From the NCBI GenBank assembly GCA_031425655.1, contig JANPJS010000289.1, positions 1-10,072 on the forward strand: a DNA stretch of 10,072 nucleotides, read 5' to 3'. This document shows positions 1-5,646 of this stretch, in pieces (positions within the stretch are counted from its first letter, which is position 1; every line of letters begins with the position of its first letter). Position numbers and translations under genes: made by a program. Origin of the DNA: Abditibacteriaceae bacterium. Lineage in GTDB: Bacteria; Armatimonadota; Abditibacteriia; Abditibacteriales; Abditibacteriaceae. The notes below the pieces were generated by a model. The model saw only the letters and a list, made by a program, of their open reading frames with translations. It searched no databases and had not been told where the DNA came from.

Positions 1-270
1 GCCGATGCGCGTGACTTCGCTGGCGCGCACGGTCACGAAGAAAGCGCGAAAGGCTGAGGGCTGAATCAAGCCTGATGCTTTCCAATCGCGCAAAGCGTAA
101 TCGGTTGGAGCGCTGGCGCCTGCGACTTGCGTGGTGAGAAAGCAAATCACAACATCGGGGCGATTTTTATGGTAGGTTTGGCTCGAAACCACGACGGCAG
201 GACGCGATTTATCGGTCACTGAACCGGCAAAATAGCCGGTCACGACATCGCCGGCGCGCAGCGTCGTCAT
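1..270 (-). CDS. mazF: PemK/MazF-family type II toxin (endoribonuclease), 3'-partial at window edge
   Basis: Not in the ORF track; translated by hand from ATG at 270: MTTLRAGDVVTGYFAGSVTDKSRPAVVVSSQTYHKNRPDVVICFLTTQVAGASAPTDYALRDWKASGLIQPSAFRAFFVTVRASEVTRIG... It has the PemK hallmarks GDVV, K-x-RPAVVVS, (P/F)LTT, GLxxPS and RIG. The start overlaps the upstream stop (ATGA, 267-270) and is preceded by AGAGGAAAACCA. Confidence 0.92.
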   Translation of the reverse strand, partial: MTTLRAGDVVTGYFAGSVTDKSRPAVVVSSQTYHKNRPDVVICFLTTQVAGASAPTDYALRDWKASGLIQPSAFRAFFVTVRASEVTRIG

Positions 271-464
271 TGGTTTTCCTCTTCCTCAAAGAAGCGTGTT
301 GCCGCTGCGTGCGATACTTGATGCCACGCGGTCTCTTCCGTTTTGGCGGTTTCTTCAGGTTCGCTATTAAGCAGGACTTTCAACCGCTCAATTTCATGGG
401 CAGGCACTTCACGCAAAGCCGCATAAATCGTCTCGGCAGTGGGGTTTTCGATTGTAATGCTCAT
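267..464 (-). CDS. Putative antitoxin (65 aa, acidic C-terminus) paired with the PemK/MazF toxin
   Basis: MSITIENPTAETIYAALREVPAHEIERLKVLLNSEPEETAKTEETAWHQVSHAAATRFFEEEENQ. Small and acidic, directly upstream of the toxin with a 4-bp ATGA overlap. Start moved from the track's 530 to ATG 464 because 485-577 encodes a toxin remnant in another frame and a -10-like box precedes 464. Confidence 0.8.
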   Translation of the reverse strand: MSITIENPTAETIYAALREVPAHEIERLKVLLNSEPEETAKTEETAWHQVSHAAATRFFEEEENQ

Positions 465-477
465 GGAGATTATTTTA
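465..477 (-). promoter_or_regulatory. Putative -10 box of a leaderless promoter for the TA operon
   Basis: Minus strand reads TAAAAT (477-472)-AATCTCC-ATG (464): a near-consensus -10 hexamer 7 nt before the start codon, with no Shine-Dalgarno. Confidence 0.6.
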
Positions 478-484
478 GCGCGAC

Positions 485-577
485 TCAAACCGCCATCGCC
501 AATTTCAGCCGCGTTTGCACTTCGGGCCAATCGGCGGCGGACAGATGGCCGATGCGCGTGGCTTGTGTAAGTTTCAT
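485..577 (-). pseudogene. Remnant of a second PemK/MazF toxin (C-terminal ~26-30 aa only)
   Basis: Minus-strand translation MKLTQATRIGHLSAADWPEVQTRLKLAMAV* resembles the PemK C-terminal 'RIG-x-L-(S)-xxD...V...L' helix. Bases 548-564 match bases 1-17 (the TRIG codons of the intact toxin) at 16/17. An in-frame stop lies upstream at 605-607. Confidence 0.75.
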
Positions 578-615
578 CGCGGCGTTGGAAGCGAAGTCAA
601 TCCTTTATCGAGACG

Positions 616-660
616 CACAACGGCGCGCTGAGAAATTCTCAGCGCGCCATTGTGTTTTGT
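616..660. terminator. Strong hairpin, intrinsic terminator-like
   Basis: Perfect 13-bp inverted repeat GGCGCGCTGAGAA-A-TTCTCAGCGCGCC (622-648), extended by CACAA/TTGTG (616-620/650-654) and followed by TTTTGT on the + strand. Confidence 0.55.
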
Positions 661-922
661 AAAATGCTCGGTGTCGGAGGGACAAGATGCAAACGATAAG
701 TGCGGGCGGCTGGATAGGGACAAACGGCTCATAAAGCTACGCCTCGCAAAGCTGTTGGTTGGAAGCATTGAGTAGCATAGGCTCTAATCGCGCAGGGTGT
801 TTGCCCCGCGGGATATGTTGTTCTCATAACACTCGGCTGCCATCTCATCTTTCATTTCCTGTCATATGTTCCGGCTATTCGTCATACTCTTGACCGCAGG
901 CCGCGCACTAATCTAAGAAGCT

Positions 923-949
923 GTAGGTGTCGGGCTGAAGAGTCCGACA
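923..949 (+). repeat. GTAG-type REP-like hairpin
   Basis: GTAG-G-TGTCGGGCT-GAAG-AGTCCGACA: 5' GTAG tetranucleotide, then a 9-bp stem (one G-T pair) and a 4-nt loop. Only one copy in the window. Confidence 0.35.
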
Positions 950-1054
950 ATCTCCATAGGACGGCTTGTTTTCGGTCCGATGCGGGTGTGCCCGGCGTGC
1001 GGGTTTAGTTGGCTGTCGAATTGTCGTAAAGCTGTTGTTACAACGAGGTGTTAA

Positions 1055-2878
1055 GTGTCCACTACATACGGTGCGCTGGATAATACCGGCGCCGTGCCGG
1101 AAGAAACTCCCTCCGACGAACCCACTTCCGATAGCTCTGATGCTTCGTCCGGCAGGCGTCGAGTGCGCGGGCCGGCTCTTGATCCTGTCGTGCGTTTGCG
1201 CGTTAGCAGTCTGGCTAAATGGGCTTTGATCGGCGGCCTGTTGTCTCTCATCGTGTGGCTGCCCCCGCAGTTGAGGCTCTATGACAGTAACCTCTACTTT
1301 CTTTCCTGTGCCGTCGGCGCGACGATATTGGCCGCGACCGTGGGAACGGGTTTCCCACGCACGCTTTTTCCGCAGGTCTTCGGCCAGTGGCATGACGCCG
1401 CCGAGGCTTTTCGGGACTGGATCGTCGTGGGCCTGTGCACCGGTCTGCTCTACGGCCCCGGCGTGGCGTTGCTGCGGAATCTACAGATGCCGCCGCGTAA
1501 TCCTGTGGACTTCGTTGACTATCTGCGCTATCGCAGTCTGCTGATGTTCTGCTGCGCCGCTGTTGGATTGTTAGTGGCACGACGCATCGCGGTGCGCCGA
1601 GAAGGCCTGCTCGACGATAGCGGCGGCAAGATGATCGGCAAACTGCTCGTGCAGGCGCTGACTGTCAGCCTCATCTATTACTGGTTTTATCACGGCATGG
1701 AAACGATTTATCGCCTGCCCTCCGTGGTCAGAGTGCTGGGCGTGGCCGGTCAGTTCAGTGTCCTGGCAGCGGGTGCTATCATGCTTTGGGCGTGGATGGC
1801 CGACAGCCGCCTGATGCGCCTCCAGGCCAAGCACCACACGACCGGCATCGCCGGCGCCGCACCCATGGACCTCACACTCACCGTGATTGGCGGCAGGGAA
1901 TCGGGCAAAACCACGATGATGGCCGGAGCCTTCTACGAATGGTATACGCAGGACTTGGGCGCGCTGCGCATCATGCCGGCAACGGCTGAGGCAGAGTCCG
2001 TCGAAGAAGGTGGCGAAGGCAGCGATAATGAGGGCGCCGAAGTTCTACCGGGCGGCGATCTGCGTCAGGTCGCCGTGGATTTGTATACGCACAACCGCCT
2101 GCCGCCGGGCACGGTTTCGTGTCAGGATTTGCCCTTTGAGCTGTGGCTCGAAAACGAGTGCGTGGCGCGTTTCAACCTGCTGGATTATCCGGGCGGGGCA
2201 CTCGTAGACGCGGCGCCCAATCCCAGAGATGTCGAGGAATTCTGGTATCGCGCGGCGCAATCGGACGGCATCGTGCTGGTCGCCGATATGTCGCACGCAC
2301 GGCGCGGACAGCGGGACGACGACTGGATGGACATCATGAACCGCTATAAGACGGTTCTCCAATTAGTGTTGGAGCGCAACGGCAAAAACCGCGTTGTGCC
2401 GGTCGCTTTGGTGCTGACCAAAGTGGACGAATACGCCAACGAAGAGCCGGGCACCTTAGATTTGGATCACCTCTTCGCCCGCCTCAGCGACTTTGGCTAC
2501 GATCAGATCGAAGGCACATGGCGCCGGCTCAATCGTGAATCCGGGCCGGCGTGTATTGAATTCTCAATCTGGTTGACCTCGGCGATTACCTATTCCCAGC
2601 CGGCGCGCGGCAAAAATGGACAGCCCGACTACACCCGGCCCTTCGAAATATCACCGCCTCCGCCGCCCATCATGCCCAGCGGCTGCGCTTCGCCGATGCT
2701 CTGGATAACCTCGAAGGTCATGCGCTGGAACGTGACTCTTTTCTGGGACTTGAAAAGTTTCGTGTTCGGCCCATCGCCCCAGAGGCGCCGTCATATCAAG
2801 GCCATGTTGGAATTAGAAGAGCAGGCCAACCAGCGCGCCGCCAAACCCGCTCAATCTCGTGAAGCGATGAGGCAATGA
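1055..2878 (+). CDS. Multi-pass membrane protein (~6 TM) fused to a C-terminal TRAFAC-class P-loop GTPase (double-GTPase/DO-GTPase-like)
   Basis: 607 aa, GTG start with GAGGTG RBS at 1045-1050. About six hydrophobic segments lie in the first ~250 aa. Motifs: G1 GGRESGKTT (1889-1915), likely G2 LPPGT, G3 LLDYPGG (D at 2183), G4 VLTKVD (TKVD 2417-2428), G5-like TSA, and terminal PSGCASPMLWI resembling the P-x-G/N-V-x-x-P-x-x-W end of this GTPase group. Confidence 0.85.
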   Translation: MSTTYGALDNTGAVPEETPSDEPTSDSSDASSGRRRVRGPALDPVVRLRVSSLAKWALIGGLLSLIVWLPPQLRLYDSNLYFLSCAVGATILAATVGTGFPRTLFPQVFGQWHDAAEAFRDWIVVGLCTGLLYGPGVALLRNLQMPPRNPVDFVDYLRYRSLLMFCCAAVGLLVARRIAVRREGLLDDSGGKMIGKLLVQALTVSLIYYWFYHGMETIYRLPSVVRVLGVAGQFSVLAAGAIMLWAWMADSRLMRLQAKHHTTGIAGAAPMDLTLTVIGGRESGKTTMMAGAFYEWYTQDLGALRIMPATAEAESVEEGGEGSDNEGAEVLPGGDLRQVAVDLYTHNRLPPGTVSCQDLPFELWLENECVARFNLLDYPGGALVDAAPNPRDVEEFWYRAAQSDGIVLVADMSHARRGQRDDDWMDIMNRYKTVLQLVLERNGKNRVVPVALVLTKVDEYANEEPGTLDLDHLFARLSDFGYDQIEGTWRRLNRESGPACIEFSIWLTSAITYSQPARGKNGQPDYTRPFEISPPPPPIMPSGCASPMLWITSKVMRWNVTLFWDLKSFVFGPSPQRRRHIKAMLELEEQANQRAAKPAQSREAMRQ

Positions 2879-4461
2879 CCGCAATGACCGACGCGAATTC
2901 GGCGAGTGAAACTGTGTTTTGCGTGCCGTGGGTCGTCTTCGCCAGCGGCCAGAGTCTGCGCGAGGAATACAATACGACGGCTTCCACAGGCATCGGCGCG
3001 GCGCTGGAGCAAGAAGTCAGCGCGCTGTGCCGCGAGTTTCATAACTCGATTGGCGTGCAGGAAGTGCCGGAAAAGCCACCCGTCGTGCTGTTCTGGAAGG
3101 CTCGCCAATCCTCCCACTGGATCGTCACGCAGGTGCTGCGTGCGCCCGCGCAGCCGGGCCGGCGCATCGCTTACGAGTATTTTAGTTTGGCGCTCACGGA
3201 AGCTGACCTAAACCAATTAGGCGGCAATCCGCTGCGAGCAATAGAATTGGTTAACACCGAGAATCTGCGCGAAAACTGCGCTGCCGGGCTGCGTGAGCCG
3301 GTCTGCGTCCCGATTGCCGAGAGTCACACCGCGAACATCGCTACGGAGTCGGACACGCCGTCGCAGTTTTCGCAGGGCGGCGCATGGCCGGCGACAGCGG
3401 AGAATCGTGAGGCGATGCTGGCCTATTTAGAGAAGGGTGTGGCCGCGCCGACTTTCGCAACGTGGTGGCCGGGCGCCAGTCCGCCGCGCCCCGGTGTTTT
3501 CGACATCACCTTGCGCTCCGATGCGATGCGCGCGGCGCGGCCTCATGAAATACTCGCCGTCGCCACGGAGTTGAACCACAGCCTGTCGCGGAGCCTGCCC
3601 GCGCCGCCGTCCTACGACACCGTGGCCGGGCGATGCTATCGCGCGCTGCTGCACGGTGCGGACGAAGTTCAGGCGATGCTGGGCGAAGCTTACTTGCCCG
3701 CAGCTTTAGAAGAATCGCCTCACCGATGGATGACGCGCCCGCAAAAGTTAGCCGGGCTGTGCCAGAAGATCGCCGATGATTTGCCGGACTACGCGGCGCG
3801 CCTGCCGGCGTCTTTCAGCGCCGAAATGGCGGGCCTTTGCACCGAGTTGGTGGGCCGTTACAGCGACTTGGCGCGCGAACTGCAAAAGCTGCGGCATCCG
3901 AATATGCTGCACCAGAGCCGGAGCGCCGCAGCGACGGGCGCCGCCACGGACGCGGCCAAATACCAAGTGGATGGCACGCAGGGCGCAAGCCGCAAAGGAA
4001 CGCAGATTGCCGTCGTAATAGCAAGTTTGCTGGCGCTTTGCCTGTTGGGTTTCGGCGTTCGCACATGGCTTGGCGAATCCAACGCGAAACTTCATCCCGC
4101 GACCGCTGCCTCCAAAAAGCGCGCGGATGTGGCCGTGTTATCCAGCAGCGAAGAAGACCGGCGCGATCAGCAGGCTATCGCGTTAATGCGGGCGCGTGCC
4201 GAACGAGAAGTGTTCCCAGTCGCGCGTGCTTTGGCTGCCAAGCGAACACACGCCGGCAAAGGTTTGAGCAACGACGCGATGCAAAGCACCGTCGTGGACG
4301 CCGTCGCGCAAGCGATGTCGCAAACGCCGCATCCGCAAATAACGCCCTCGCAGAAGCGGCTCTTGTTTCGCATGGCGACGGCACCGATTCGCGCTAAGGC
4401 TATGGATGGCGTCAGGGCGGGCGTCCGGCAGGGCAGGCGCATAAAGCCTGTCCGCCGCTGA
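2875..4461 (+). CDS. GTPase-associated protein, GAP1-N-like N-terminal domain, helical middle region, single TM, basic C-terminal domain
   Basis: 528 aa with an ATGA overlap with the GTPase stop (2875-2878). The N-terminus (VVFAS...EY...ASTG...PGRRIAYEYFSLAL..ADL..LGGNP) follows the pattern I recall for GAP1-N domains. It also has a mid-region PTFATWW..FDITL motif and a TM segment IAVVIASLLALCLLGFGV. The CDS is well supported; the domain call is by eye. Confidence 0.65.
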   Translation: MTAMTDANSASETVFCVPWVVFASGQSLREEYNTTASTGIGAALEQEVSALCREFHNSIGVQEVPEKPPVVLFWKARQSSHWIVTQVLRAPAQPGRRIAYEYFSLALTEADLNQLGGNPLRAIELVNTENLRENCAAGLREPVCVPIAESHTANIATESDTPSQFSQGGAWPATAENREAMLAYLEKGVAAPTFATWWPGASPPRPGVFDITLRSDAMRAARPHEILAVATELNHSLSRSLPAPPSYDTVAGRCYRALLHGADEVQAMLGEAYLPAALEESPHRWMTRPQKLAGLCQKIADDLPDYAARLPASFSAEMAGLCTELVGRYSDLARELQKLRHPNMLHQSRSAAATGAATDAAKYQVDGTQGASRKGTQIAVVIASLLALCLLGFGVRTWLGESNAKLHPATAASKKRADVAVLSSSEEDRRDQQAIALMRARAEREVFPVARALAAKRTHAGKGLSNDAMQSTVVDAVAQAMSQTPHPQITPSQKRLLFRMATAPIRAKAMDGVRAGVRQGRRIKPVRR

Positions 4462-4476
4462 AACTTACGATACATA

Positions 4477-5142
4477 ATGCCTCGGCACTGCCGGAGCGAC
4501 ACTTTTACCAACCTCATGCCGCATAAAACACAGCACAGAATGGAGCCGTGGAACGGCGAACGAGCGCCTCGCACCAGCGCCGACACGTTTTTCGCCCCTC
4601 CAAGTAGCGCGAAGCCCGGCCATGCGATGGAAAGCCTCGCCAGTAAGATCGGCTCGGTGCTGGTGCTTTTGGCGATTTCGTCCGTGGCCGCAGTCGGGAT
4701 GTTCATGCCGGACGAGGACAAGCCTCTCAACTCGTCGGCGAAGGCCGTGAACGGCACGCTACCGCAACTGCATCCGGCTCGCTCCGCAAAGCGCCTTGTG
4801 CCAAAAACGGTAAGCGCGCTGCGCAACGCTCCGCAGCAAGCCTATGCCGTGGCCTATGATTTAGCCAGTCAACGTGTGAAATCAGTGGGCGGCCTGACAC
4901 CGCAACAGCGCATGGAAACGGCGCGGGACGCTTTAGCGCAGGTTCGTGGAGGCGACATCTCTCACCTCGATCCGGCAGCAACGGCGGGTCTCGCCAAACA
5001 AGCGCCGGACACCGTGAAAAATGCCGCGTTGCAAGGTGTGAGGAACGGTGAAGCCATGGCCATCAGCGCGCAAAGCCAATTGTTGGTAGAGCGCATATTA
5101 AGTCGTGAAAAGCGCCGCAGGCACGAGCAAACCGCACCATAA
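4477..5142 (+). CDS. Hypothetical single-TM or exported protein (start uncertain; alternatives 4516, 4540, 4627)
   Basis: 221-aa ORF starting 15 nt after the previous stop on the same strand. Hydrophobic segment IGSVLVLLAISSVAAVGMFM is followed by an Ala/Gln-rich, probably helical region. No recognisable family motif. Confidence 0.6.
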   Translation: MPRHCRSDTFTNLMPHKTQHRMEPWNGERAPRTSADTFFAPPSSAKPGHAMESLASKIGSVLVLLAISSVAAVGMFMPDEDKPLNSSAKAVNGTLPQLHPARSAKRLVPKTVSALRNAPQQAYAVAYDLASQRVKSVGGLTPQQRMETARDALAQVRGGDISHLDPAATAGLAKQAPDTVKNAALQGVRNGEAMAISAQSQLLVERILSREKRRRHEQTAP

Positions 5143-5169
5143 ACGCAAATTCGTGCGGAAATAAAAATA

Positions 5170-5263
5170 TATAGCGTTTCTCAGATTGAATGCAACATCA
5201 AAGTGCGAGCGGGACGTTTAAGATTCGCTTCGCAATGGTGCATCTTTTCTGAGAAACGCTATA
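5170..5263. mobile_element. 94-bp MITE-like element with TA ends and perfect 16-bp terminal inverted repeats
   Basis: TATAGCGTTTCTCAGA (5170-5185) ... TCTGAGAAACGCTATA (5248-5263). The interior is also self-complementary (ATGCA/TGCAT, TGCGA/TCGCA). TATAG..CTATA ends are typical of IS630/Tc1-mariner-derived miniature elements. Confidence 0.7.
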
Positions 5264-5273
5264 AACGGAAAGT

Positions 5274-5588
5274 CGGGAAGGGCGGAAAGGCGGGAAGAAT
5301 TTTATTGGTTTTGTGCAACAATATGCCTTCAGAACCTGAAAAGCTGTCCGGAATAGCCATTAATCCTGGGTTGAGCCGCTTTTCAATACGACCCGGAGCT
5401 TCGCGTCGCGCAAACGGCTTTGATTTTCGCTGTTTTTTCGAGAGAAATCAAAAGTCCGCGTTAATCCGCGCATGAAATCCGCGAAGCGAAGCTCCGCGTC
5501 CTATTTAAAAAGTCTTCGCGGTAGGAATTGACCAATTCTCAGACAGCTCCTACTCCTCAAATTTCTTCCCGCCTTCCCGCCCTTCCCG
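5274..5588. repeat. 26-bp inverted repeat pair built from GGCGGGAAG-like units
   Basis: CGGGAAGGGCGGAAAGGCGGGAAGAA (5274-5299) matches the reverse complement of 5563-5588 at 25/26. Confidence 0.85.
5342..5548. repeat. 207-bp imperfect palindrome, possible degenerate MITE or structured RNA
   Basis: Ends AGCTGTC (5342-5348)/GACAGCT (5542-5548) and inner arms 5380-5410/5480-5510 (27/31 complementary) share one axis at 5445. There is a central hairpin TTTGATTT/AAATCAAA (5419-5426/5445-5452), and TCCGCG occurs four times in 5455-5498. Confidence 0.75.
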
Positions 5589-5610
5589 CCGTCCCGTTTT
5601 TTCTCCACAC

Positions 5611-5642
5611 AAGGCCCGACGAAAGGCATCTCGTCGGGCCTT
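5611..5642 (-). terminator. Terminator-like hairpin after the S55 peptidase gene
   Basis: Perfect 12-bp stem AAGGCCCGACGA/TCGTCGGGCCTT with an 8-nt loop, 4 nt past the stop at 5647. The U-tract is short in both directions. Confidence 0.65.
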
Positions 5643-5646
5643 TGCG

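Noticed and set aside
2..64. Plus-strand open frame ending at TGA 62-64 (PMRVTSLARTVTKKARKAEG)
   Set aside because: Shadow of the minus-strand toxin, which has clear family motifs.
465..530. N-terminal extension of the antitoxin given by the ORF track (start 530)
   Set aside because: Overlaps the PemK remnant in another frame; ATG 464 has a well-placed -10 box.
270..662. 130-aa plus-strand ORF
   Set aside because: Antisense to the antitoxin and toxin remnant and runs through the hairpin; no protein-like motifs.
814..919. Recurring TCAT(A) motifs and TTGACC at 890 as a promoter/operator
   Set aside because: Motifs are too short and irregular, and there is no acceptable -10 at 16-18 bp spacing.
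1055..2878. Calling the GTPase FeoB, dynamin or an ABC ATPase
   Set aside because: Domain order is opposite to FeoB, there is no long dynamin stalk, and TKxD/DxxG indicate a GTPase with no ABC signature.
5143..5646. Possible CRISPR array or tRNA in the repeat-rich gap
   Set aside because: Repeats are inverted, not regularly spaced direct repeats; no cloverleaf or T-loop motif seen; no cas genes.
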